NCBI GenBank assembly: GCA_964016885.1
Contig: OZ024742.1
Coordinates: 146,444,001 to 146,508,000, forward strand
Reading direction: 5' to 3'
DNA: 64,000 nt
Source of the DNA: Eledone cirrhosa
Lineage: Eukaryota
Below the pieces are notes generated by a model. The model did not search any database. It saw nothing but the letters and a program-made list of their open reading frames with translations, and was not told the origin of the DNA. Positions within the stretch are counted from its first letter, which is position 1. Each line of letters begins with the position of its first letter. Of the stretch, positions 9,701 through 21,700 are shown piece after piece. The position numbers were made by a program, and so were the translations under genes.

Positions 9701-12700
9701 GGCTTAGAAGCCATCATCTTTTCCTTCTCATAGAGCTTAGAAGCTGTCATCATTCCCTTCTCATAGGGCTTAGAAGCAGTCATCTTTCCCTTCTCATAGG
9801 GCTTAGAAGTTGTCATCTTTCCCTTCTCATAGAGCTTAGAAGCTGTCGTCATTCCCCTCTCATAGGGCTTAGAAGCTGTCATCATTCCCTTCTCATAGAG
9901 CTTAGAAGCAGTCATCATTCCCTTCTCATAGGGCTTAGAAGCAGTCATCTTTCCCTTCTCATAGGGCTTAGAAGCTGTCATCTTTCCCTTCTCATAGGGC
10001 TTAGAAGCTGTCATCATTCCCCTCTCATAGGGCTTAGAAGCTGTCATCTTTCCCTTCTCATAGAGCTTAGAAGCTGTCGTCATTCCCCTCTCATAGGGCT
10101 TAGAAGCTGTCATCTTTCCCTTCTCATAGAGCTTAGAAGCTGTCATCATTCCCCTCTCATAGGGCTTAGAAGCTGTCATCATTCCCTTCTCAGAGGGCTT
10201 AGAAGCAGTATTCTTTCCCTTCTCATAGAGCTTAGAAGCTGACATCATTCCCTTCTCATAGAGCTTAGAAGCCATCATCTTTCCCTTCTCATAGGGCTTA
10301 GAAGCAGTCATCTTTCCCTTCTCATAGAGCTTAGAAGCTGTCATCATTCCCTTCTCATAGGGCTTAGAAGCCATCATCTTTCCCTTCTCATAGGGCTTAG
10401 AAGCCGTCATCTTTCCCTTCTCATAGAGCTTAGAAGCTGTCATCATTCCCTTCTCATAGGGCTTAGAAGCCATCATCTTTCCCCTCTCATAGGGCTTAGA
10501 AGCCGTCATCTTTCCCTTCTCATAGGGCTTAGAAGCAGTCATCTTTCCCCTCTCATAGGGCTTAGAAGCAGTCATCTTTCCCCTCTCATAGGGCTTAGAA
10601 GCAGTCATCTTTCCCCTCTCATAGGGCTTAGAAGCCATCATCTTTCCCCTCTCATAGGGCTTAGAAGCCATCATCTTTCCCCTCTCATAGGGCTTAGAAG
10701 CTGTCATCATTCCCTTCTCATAGGCCTTAGAAGCCATCATATTTCCCCTCTCATAGGGCTTTGAAGTAGTCATCTTTCCCCTCTCATAGGGCTTAGAAGC
10801 CATCATGTTTCCCCTCTCATAGGGCTTAGAAGCCATCATCTTTCCCTTCTCATAGGGCTTAGAAGCAGTCATCATTCCCTTCTCATAGGCCTTAGAAGCA
10901 GTCATCATTCCCTTCTCATAGGCCTTAGAAGCCATCATGTTTCCCCTCTCATAGGGCTTAGAAGCCATCATCTTTCCCTTCTCATAGGGCTTAGAAGCAG
11001 TCATCTTTCCCTTCTCATAGGGCTTAGAAGCCATCATCTTTCCCTTCTCATAGAGCTTAGAAGCTGTCATCATTCCCTTCTCATAGGGCTTAGAAGCTGT
11101 CATCATTCCCTTCTCATAGGGCTTAGAAGCCATCATCTTTTCCTTCTCATAGAGCTTAGAAGCTGTCATCATTCCCTTCTCATAGGGCTTAGAAGCAGTC
11201 ATCTTTCCCTTCTCATAGGGCTTAGAAGTTGTCATCTTTCCCTTCTCATAGAGCTTAGAAGCTGTCGTCATTCCCCTCTCATAGGGCTTAGAAGCTGTCA
11301 TCATTCCCTTCTCATAGAGCTTAGAAGCTGTCATCATTCCCCTCTCATAGAGCTTAGAAGCAGTCATCTTTCCCTTCTCATAGGGCTTAGAAGCTGTCAT
11401 CTTTCCCTTCACATAGAGCTTAGAAGCTGTCGTCATTCCCCTCTCATAGGGCTTAGAAGCTGTCATCTTTCCCTTCTCATAGAGCTTAGAAGCTGTCATC
11501 ATTCCCCTCTCATAGGGCTTAGAAGCTGTCATCATTCCCTTCTCAGAGGGCTTAGAAGCAGTATTCTTTCCCTTCTCATAAAGCTTAGAAGCTGACATCA
11601 TTCCCTTCTCATAGAGCTTAGAAGCCATCATCTTTCCCTTCTCATAGGGCTTAGAAGCAGTCATCTTTTCCTTCTCATAGAGCTTAGAAGCTGTCATCAT
11701 TCCCTTCTCATCGGGCTTAGAAGCCATCATCTTTCCCTTCTCATAGGGCTTAGAAGCCGTCATCTTTCCCTTCTCATAGAGCTTAGAAGCTGTCATCATT
11801 CCCTTCTCATAGGGCTTAGAAGCCATCATCTTTCCCCTCTCATAGGGCTTAGAAGCCGTCATCTTTCCCTTCTCATAGGGCTTAGAAGCAGTCATCTTTC
11901 CCCTCTCATAGAGCTTAGAAGCAGTCATCTTTCCCCTCTCATAGGGCTTAGAAGCAGTCATCTTTCCCCTCTCATAGGGCTTAGAAGCCATCATCTTTCC
12001 CCTCTCATAGGGCTTAGAAGCCATCATCTTTCCCCTCTCATAGGGCTTAGAAGCTGTCATCATTCCCTTCTCATAGGCCTTAGAAGCCATCATATTTCCC
12101 CTCTCATAGGGCTTAGAAGTAGTCATCTTTCCCCTCTCATAGGGCTTAGAAGCCATCATGTTTCCCCTCTCATAGGGCTTAGAAGCCATCATCATTCCCT
12201 TCTCTTAGGCCTTAGAAGCAGTCATCATTTCCTTCTCATAGGCCTTAGAAGCCATCATGTTTCCCCTCTCATAGGGCTTAGAAGCCATCATCTTTCCCTT
12301 CTCATAGGGCTTAGAAGCAGTCATCTTTCCCTTCTCATAGGGCTTAGAAGCAGTCATCTTTCCCTTCTCATAGGGCTTAGAAGCTGTCATCTTTCCCTTC
12401 TCATAGGGCTTAGATGCAGTTATCTTTCCCTTCTCATAGGGCTTAGAAGCAGCCATCTTTCCCTTCTCACAGGGCTTACAAACTGTCATCTTTCCCTTCT
12501 CATAGGGCTTAGAAGCAGTCATCTTTCCCTTCTCATAGGGCTTAGAAGCAGTCATCTTTCCCCTCTTATAGGGCTTAGAAGCCATCATCTTTCCCCTCTC
12601 AAAGGGCTTAGAAGCAGTCATCTTTCCCTTCTCATAGGGTTTAGAAGCAGTCATCATTCCCTTCTCATAGGCCTTGGAAGCAGTCATCATTCCCTTCTCA

Positions 12701-15700
12701 TAGGCCTTAGAAGCCATCATGTTTCCCCTCTCATAGGGCTTAGAAGCCATCATCATTCCCTTCTCATAGGGCTTAGAAGCCATCATCTTTCCCTTCTCAT
12801 AAGGCTTAGAAGCAGTCATCTTTCCCTTCTCATAGGGCTTAGAAGCAGTCATCTTTCCCTTCTCATAGGGCTTAGAAGCTGTCATCTTTCCCTTCTCATA
12901 GGGCTTAGAAGCAGTCATCTTTCCCTTCTCATAGGGCTTAGAAGCAGTCATCTTTCCCTTCTCACAGGGCTTAGAAACTGTCATCTTTCCCTTCTCATAG
13001 GGCTTAGAAGCAGTCATCTGTCCCCTCTTATAGGGCTTAGAAGCCATCATCTTTCCCCTCTCATAGGGCTTAGAAGCCATCATCATTCTCTTCTCATAGG
13101 GCTTAGAAGCAGTCATCTTTCCCCTCTCATAGGGCTTAGAAGCTATCATCTTTCCCCTCTCATAGGGCTTAGAAGCTGTCATCTTTCCCTTCTCATAGGG
13201 CTTAGAAGCTGTCATCTTTCCCCTCTCATAGGGCTTAAAAGCAGTCATCATTCCCTTCTCAGAGGGCTTAGAAGCAGTCATCATTTCCATCTCATAGGGC
13301 TTAGAAGCAGTCATCATTCCCCTCTCATAGGGCTTAGAAGCAGTCATCATTCCCCTCACATAGGGCTTAGAAGCTGTCATCATTCCCTTCTCATATGGCT
13401 TAGAAGCCGTCATCTTTCCCTTCTCATAGGGCTTAGAAGCAGTAATCTTTCCCCTCTCATAGGGCTTAGAAGCAGTCATCGTTCCTCTCTCATAGGGCTT
13501 AGAAGCCATCATCTTTCCCCTCTCATAGGGCTTAGAAGCAGTCATCTTTCCCTTCTCATAGGGCTTAGAAGCAGTCAAGTTTCCCCTCTCATAGAGCTTA
13601 GAAGCCATCATCTTTCCCCTCTCATAGGGCTTAGAAGCAGTCATCTTTCCCTTCTCATAGGGCTTAGAAGCAGTCATCTTTCCCTTCTCATAGAGCTTAG
13701 AAGCTGTCATCATTCCCTTCTCATAGGGCTTAGAAGCCGTCATCTTTCCCTTCTCATAGAGCTTAGAAGCTGTCATCATTCCCTTCTCATAGGGCTTAGA
13801 AGCCATCATCTTTCCCCTCTCATAGGGCTTAGAAGCCGTCATCTTTCCCTTCTCATAGGGCTTAGAAGCAGTCATCTTTCCCCTCTCATAGGGCTTAGAA
13901 GCAGTCATCTTTCCCCTCTCATAGGGCTTAGAAGCAGTCATCTTTCCCCTCTCATATTGCTTAGAAGCCATCATCTTTCCCCTCTCATAGGGCTTAGAAG
14001 CCATCATCTTTCCCCTCTCATAGGGCTTAGAAGCTGTCATCATTCCCTTCTCATAGGCCTTAGAAGCCATCATATTTCCCCTCTCATAGGGCTTAGAAGT
14101 AGTCATCTTTCCCCTCTCATAGGGCTTAGAAGCCATCATGTTTCCCCTCTCATAGGGCTTAGAAGCCATCATCTTTCCCTTCTCATAGGGCTTAGAAGCA
14201 GTCATCATTCCCTTCTCTTAGGCCTTAGAAGCAGTCATCATTCCCTTCTCATAGGCCTTAGAAGCCATCATCTTTCCCTTCTCATAGGGCTTAGAAGCAG
14301 TCATCTTTCCCTTCTCATAGGGCTTAGAAGCAGTCATCTTTCCCTTCTCATAGGGCTTAGAAGCTGTCATCTTTCCCTTCTCATAGGGCTTAGATGCAGT
14401 TATCTTTCCCTTCTCATAGGGCTTAGAAGCAGTCATCTTTCCCTTCTCACAGGGCTTAGAAACTGTCATCTTTCCCTTCTCATAGGGCTTAGAAGCAGTC
14501 ATCTTTCCCTTCTCATAGGGCTTAGAAGCAGTCATCTTTCCCCTCTTATAGGGCTTAGAAGCCATCATCTTTCCCCTCTCAAAGGGCTTAGAAGCAGTCA
14601 TCTTTCCCTTCTCATAGGGCTTAGAAGCAGTCATCATTCCCTTCTCATAGGCCTTAGAAGCAGTCATCATTCCCTTCTCATAGGCCTTAGAAGCCATCTT
14701 GTTTCCCCTCTCATAGGGCTTAGAAGCCATCATCATTCCCTTCTCATAGGGCTTAGAAGCCATCATCTTTCCCTTCTCATAAGGCTTAGAAGCAGTCATC
14801 TTTCCCTTCTCATAGGGCTTAGAAGCAGTCATCTTTCCCTTCTCATAGGGCTTAGAAGCTGTCATCTTTCCCTTCTCATAGGGCTTAGAAGCAGTCATCT
14901 TTCCCTTCTCATAGGGCTTAGAAGCTGTCATCCTTCCCTTCTCACAGTGCTTAGAAACTGTCATCTTTCCCTTCTCATAGGGCTTAGAAGCAGTCATCTG
15001 TCCCCTCTTACAGGGCTTAGAAGCCATCATCTTTCCCCTCTCATAGGGCTTAGAAGCCATCATCTTTCCCTTCTGATAGGGCTTAGAAGCAGTCATCATT
15101 CTCTTCTCATAGGGCTTAGAAGCAGTCATCTTTCCCCTGTCATAAGGCTTAGAAGCTATCATCTTTCCCCTCTCATAGGGCTTAGAAGCTGTCATCTTTC
15201 CCCTCTCATAGGGCTTAGAAGCCATCATCCTTCCCTTCTCATAGGGCTTAGAAGCCATCATCTTTCCCTTCTCATATAGCTTAGAAGCCTTCATCATTCC
15301 CTTCTCATAGGGCTTAGAAGCAGTCATATTTCCCTTCTCATAGGGCTTAAAAGCAGTCATCATTCCCTTCTCAGAGGGCTTAGAAGCAGTCATCATTTCC
15401 CTCTCATAGGGCTTAGAAGCAGTCATCATTCCCCTCTCATAGGGCTTAGAAGCAGTCATCATTCCCCTCACATAGGGCTTAGAAGCTGTCATCATTCCCT
15501 TCTCATATGGCTTAGAAGCCGTCATCTTTCCCTTCTCATAGGACTTAGAAGCAGTAATCTTTCCCCTCTCATAGGGCTTAGAAGCAGTCATCGTTCCTCT
15601 CTCATAGGGCTTAGAAGCCATCAACTTTCCCCTCTCATAGGGCTTAGAAGCAGTCATCTTTCCCTTCTCATAGGGCTTAGAAGCAGTCATCTTTCCCTTC

Positions 15701-18700
15701 TCATAGGGCTTAGAAGCCATCATCTTTCCCCTCTCATAGGGCTTAGAAGCCATCATCTTTCCCCTCTCATAGGGCTTAGAAGCTGTCATCATTCCCTTCT
15801 CATAGGCCTTAGAAGCCATCATTTTCCCCTCTCATAGGGCTTAGAAGTAGTCATCTTTCCCCTCTCATAGGGCTTAGAAGCCATCATGTTTCCCCTCTCA
15901 TAGGGCTTAGAAGCCATCATCTTTCCCTTCTCATAGGGCTTAGAAGCAGTCATCATTCCCTTCTCATAGGCCTTAGAAGCAGTCATCATTCCCTTCTCAC
16001 AGGGCTTAGAAGCCATCATCTTTCCCTTCTCATAAGGCTTAGAAGCAGTCATCTTTCCCTTCTCATAGGGCTTAGAAGCAGTCATGTTTCCCTTCTCATA
16101 GGGCTTAGAAGCCGTCATCTTTCCCTTCTCATAGGGCTTAGAAGCAGTCATCTTTCCCTTCTCATAGGGCTTAGAAGCAGTCATCTTTCCCTTCTCACAG
16201 GGCTTAGAAACTGTCATCTTTCCCTTCTCATAGGGCTTAGAAGCAGTCATCTTTCCCTTCTCATAGAGCTTAGAAGCTGTCATCATTCCCTTCTCATAGG
16301 GCTTAGAAGCCATCATCATTCCCCTCTCATAGGGCTTAGAAGCCGTCATCTTTCCCTTCTCATAGGGCTTAGAAGCAGTCATCATTCCCTTCTCACAGGG
16401 CTTAGAAGCCATCATCTTTCCCTTCTCATAAGGCTTAGAAGCAGTCATCTTTCCCTTCTCATATGGCTTAGAAGCAGTCATGTTTCCCTTCTCATAGGGC
16501 TTAGAAGCCGTCATCTTTCCCTTCTCATAGGGCTTAGAAGCAGTCATCTTTCCCTTCTCATAGAGCTTAGAAGCAGTCATCTTTCCCTTCTCACAGGGCT
16601 TAGAAACTGTAATCTTTCCCTTCTCATAGGGCTTAGAAGCAGTCATCTTTCCCTTCTCATAGGGCTTAGAAGCAGTCATCTTTCCCCTCTCATAGGGCTT
16701 AGAAGCAGTCATCTTTCCCCTCTCATAGGGCTTAGAAGCAGTCATCTTTCCCCTCTCATAGGGCTTAGAAGCCATCATCTTTCCCCTCTCATAGGGCTTA
16801 GAAGCCATCATCTTTCCCCTCTCATAGGGCTTAGAAGCTGTCATCATTCCCTTCTCATAGGCCTTAGAAGCCATCATATTTCCCCTCTCATAGGGCTTAG
16901 AAGTAGTCATCTTTCCCCTCTCATAGGGCTTAGAAGCCATCATGTTTCCCCTCTCATAGGGCTTAGAAGCCATCATCTTTACCTTCTCATAGGGCTTAGA
17001 AGCAGTCATCATTCCCTTCTCATAGGCCTTAGAAGCAGTCATCATTCCCTTCTCATAGGCCTTAGAAGCCATCATGTTTCCCCTCTCATAGGGCTTAGAA
17101 GCCATCATCTTTCCCTTCTCATAGGGCTTAGAAGCAGTCATCTTTCCCTTCTCATAGGGCTTAGAAGCAGTCATCTTTCCCTTCTCATAGGGCTTAGAAG
17201 CTGTCATCTTTCCCTTCTCATAGGGCTTAGAAGCAGTCATCTTTCCCTTCTCATAGGGCTTAGAAGCAGTCATCTTTCCCTTCTCACAGGGCTTAGAAAC
17301 TGTCATCTTTCCCTTCTCATAGGGCTTAGAAGCAGTCATCTTTCCCTTCTCATAGGGCTTAGAAGCAGTCATCTTTCCCCTCTTATAGGGCTTAGAAGCC
17401 ATCATCTTTCCCCTCTCATAGGGCTTAGAAGCAGTCATCTTTCCCTTCTCATAGGGCTTAGAAGCAGTCATCATTCCCTTCTCATAGGCCTTAAAAGCAG
17501 TCATCATTCCCTTCTCATAGGCCTTAGAAGCCATCATGTTTCCCCTCTCATAGGGCTTAGAAGCCATCATCATTCCCTTCTCATAGGGCTTAGAAGCCAT
17601 CATCTTTCCCTTCTCATAAGGCTTAGAAGCAGTCATCTTTCCCTTCTCATAGGGCTTAGAAGCAGTCATCTTTCCCTTCTCATAGGGCTTAGAAGCTGTC
17701 ATATTTCCCTTCTCATAGGGCTTAGAAGCCATCATCTTTCTCCTCTCATAGGGCTTAGAAGCAGTCATCTTTCCCTTCTCATAGGGCTTAGAAGCAGTCA
17801 AGTTTCCCCTCTCATAGAGCTTAGAAGCCATCATCTTTCCCCTCTCATAGGGCTTAGAAGCAGTCATCTTTCCCTTCTCATAGGGCTTAGAAGCAGTCAT
17901 CTTTCCCTTCTCATAGGGCTTAGAAGCCGTCATATTTCCCTTCTCATAGGGCTTAGAAGCAGTCATCTTTCCCTTCTCATAGGGCTTAGAAGCAGTCATC
18001 TTTCCCTTCTCATAAGGCTTAGAAGCAGTCATCTTTCCCTTCTCATAGGGCTTAGAAGCAGTCATGTTTCCCTTCTCATAGGGCTTAGAAGCCGTCATAT
18101 TTCCCTTCTCATAGGGCTTAGAAGCAGTCATCTTTCCCTTCTCATAGGGCTTAGAAGCAGTCATCTTTCCCTTCTCACAGGGCTTAGAAACTGTCATCTT
18201 TCCCTTCTCATAGGGCTTAGAAGCAGTCATCTTTCCCTTCTCATAGGGCTTAGAAGCAGTCATCTTTCCCCTCTTATAGGGCTTAGAAGCCATCATCTTT
18301 CCCCTCTCATAGGGCTTAGAAGCCATCATCATTCTCTTCTCATAGGGCTTAGAAGCAGTCATCTTTCCCCTCTCATAGGGCTTAGAAGCTATCATCTTTC
18401 CCCTCTCATAGGGCTTAGAAGCTGTCATCTTTCCCTTCTCATAGGGCTTAGAAGCTGTCATCTTTCCCCTCTCATAGGGCGTAGAAGCCATCATCATTCC
18501 CTTCTCTTAGGCCTTAGAAGCAGTCATCATTCCCTTCTCATAGGCCTTAGAAGCCATCATGTTTCCCCTCTCATAGGGCTTAGAAGCCATCATCTTTCCC
18601 TTCTCATAGGGCTTAGAAGCAGTCATCTTTCCCTTCTCATAGGGCTTAGAAGCAGTCATCTTTCCCTTCTCATAGGGCTTAGAAGCTGTCATCTTTCCCT

Positions 18701-21700
18701 TCTCATAGGGCTTAGATGCAGTTATCTTTCCCTTCTCATAGGGCTTAGAAGCAGCCATCTTTCCCTTCTCACAGGGCTTACAAACTGTCATCTTTCCCTT
18801 CTCATAGGGCTTAGAAGCAGTCATCTTTCCCTTCTCATAGGGCTTAGAAGCAGTCATCTTTCCCCTCTTATAGGGCTTAGAAGCCATCATCTTTCCCCTC
18901 TCAAAGGGCTTAGAAGCAGTCATCTTTCCCTTCTCATAGGGTTTAGAAGCAGTCATCATTCCCTTCTCATAGGCCTTGGAAGCAGTCATCATTCCCTTCT
19001 CATAGGCCTTAGAAGCCATCATGTTTCCGCTCTCATAGGGCTTAGAAGCCATCATCATTCCCTTCTCATAGGGCTTAGAAGCCATCATCTTTCCCTTCTC
19101 ATAAGGCTTAGAAGCAGTCATCTTTCCCTTCTCATAGGGCTTAGAAGCAGTCATCTTTCCCTTCTCATAGGGCTTAGAAGCTGTCATCTTTCCCTTCTCA
19201 TAGGGCTTAGAAGCAGTCATCTTTCCCTTCTCATAGGGCTTAGAAGCAGTCATCTTTCCCTTCTCACAGGGCTTAGAAACTGTCATCTTTCCCTTCTCAT
19301 AGGGCTTAGAAGCAGTCATCTGTCCCCTCTTATAGGGCTTAGAAGCCATCATCTTTCCCCTCTCATAGGGCTTAGAAGCCATCATCATTCTCTTCTCATA
19401 GGGCTTAGAAGCAGTCATCTTTCCCCTCTCATAGGGCTTAGAAGCTATCATCTTTCCCCTCTCATAGGGCTTAGAAGCTGTCATCTTTCCCTTCTCATAG
19501 GGCTTAGAAGCTGTCATCTTTCCCCTCTCATAGGGCTTAGAAGCCATCATCCTTCCCTTCTCATAGGGCTTAGAAGCCATCATCTTTCCCTTCTCATATA
19601 GCTTAGAAGCCTTCATCATTCCCTTCTCATAGGGCTTAGAAGCAGTCATATTTCCCTTCTCATAGGGCTTAAAAGCAGTCATCATTCCCTTCTCAGAGGG
19701 CTTAGAAGCAGTCATCATTTCCCTCTCATAGGGCTTAGAAGCAGTCATCATTCCCCTCTCATAGGGCTTAGAAGCAGTCATCGTTCCCCTCACATAGGGC
19801 TTAGAAGCTGTCATCATTCCCTTCTCATAGGGCTTAGAAGCCATCATCTTTCCCCTCTCATAGGGCTTAGAAGCAGTCATCTTTCCCTTCTCATAGGGCT
19901 TAGAAGCAGTCAAGTTTCCCCTCTCATAGAGCTTAGAAGCCATCATCTTTCCCCTCTCATAGGGCTTAGAAGCAGTCATCTTTCCCTTCTCATAGGGCTT
20001 AGAAGCAGTCATCTTTCCCTTCTCATAGAGCTTAGAAGCTGTCATCATTCCCTTCTCATAGGGCTTAGAAGCCGTCATCTTTCCCTTCTCATAGAGCTTA
20101 GAAGCTGTCATCATTCCCTTCTCATAGGGCTTAGAAGCCATCATCTTTCCCCTCTCATAGGGCTTAGAAGCCGTCATCTTTCCCTTCTCATAGGGCTTAG
20201 AAGCAGTCATCTTTCCCCTCTCATAGGGCTTAGAAGCAGTCATCTTTCCCCTCTCATAGGGCTTAGAAGCAGTCATCTTTCCCCTCTCATATTGCTTAGA
20301 AGCCATCATCTTTCCCCTCTCATAGGGCTTAGAAGCCATCATCTTTCCCCTCTCATAGGGCTTAGAAGCTGTCATCATTCCCTTCTCATAGGCCTTAGAA
20401 GCCATCATATTTCCCCTCTCATAGGGTTTAGAAGTAGTCATCTTTCCCCTCTCATAGGGCTTAGAAGCCATCATGTTTCCCCTCTCATAGGGCTTAGAAG
20501 CCATCATCTTTCCCTTCTCATAGGGCTTAGAAGCAGTCATCATTCCCTTCTCTTAGGCCTTAGAAGCAGTCATCATTCCCTTCTCATAGGCCTTAGAAGC
20601 CATCATGTTTCCCCTCTCATAGGGCTTAGAAGCCATCATCTTTCCCTTCTCATAGGGCTTAGAAGCAGTCATCTTTCCCTTCTCATAGGGCTTAGAAGCA
20701 GTCATCTTTCCCTTCTCATAGGGCTTAGAAGCTGTCATCTTTCCCTTCTCATAGGGCTTAGATGCAGTTATCTTTCCCTTCTCATAGGGCTTAGAAGCAG
20801 TCATCTTTCCCTTCTCACAGGGCTTAGAAACTGTCATCTTTCCCTTCTCATAGGGCTTAGAAGCAGTCATCTTTCCCTTCTCATAGGGCTTAGAAGCAGT
20901 CATCTTTCCCCTCTTATAGGGCTTAGAAGCCATCATCTTTCCCCTCTCAAAGGGCTTAGAAGCAGTCATCTTTCCCTTCTCATAGGGCTTAGAAGCAGTC
21001 ATCATTCCCTTCTCATAGGCCTTAGAAGCAGTCATCATTCCCTTCTCATAGGCCTTAGAAGCCATCTTGTTTCCCCTCTCATAGGGCTTAGAAGCCATCA
21101 TCATTCCCTTCTCATAGGGCTTAGAAGCCATCATCTTTCCCTTCTCATAAGGCTTAGAAGCAGTCATCTTTCCCTTCTCATAGGGCTTAGAAGCAGTCAT
21201 CTTTCCCTTCTCATAGGGCTTAGAAGCTGTCATCTTTCCCTTCTCATAGGGCTTAGAAGCAGTCATCTTTCCCTTCTCATAGGGCTTAGAAGCAGTCATC
21301 CTTCCCTTCTCACAGTGCTTAGAAACTGTCATCTTTCCCTTCTCATAGGGCTTAGAAGCAGTCATCTGTCCCCTCTTACAGGGCTTAGAAGCCATCATCT
21401 TTCCCCTCTCATAGGGCTTAGAAGCCATCATCATTCTCTTCTCATAGGGCTTAGAAGCAGTCATCTTTCCCCTCTCATAAGGCTTAGAAGCTATCATCTT
21501 TCCCCTCTCATAGGGCTTAGAAGCTGTCATCTTTCCCTTCTCATAGGGCTTAGAAGCTGTCATCTTTCCCCTCTCATAGGGCTTAGAAGCCATCATCCTT
21601 CCCTTCTCATAGGGCTTAGAAGCCATCATCTTTCCCTTCTCATATAGCTTAGAAGCCTTCATCATTCCCTTCTCATAGGGCTTAGAAGCAGTCATATTTC

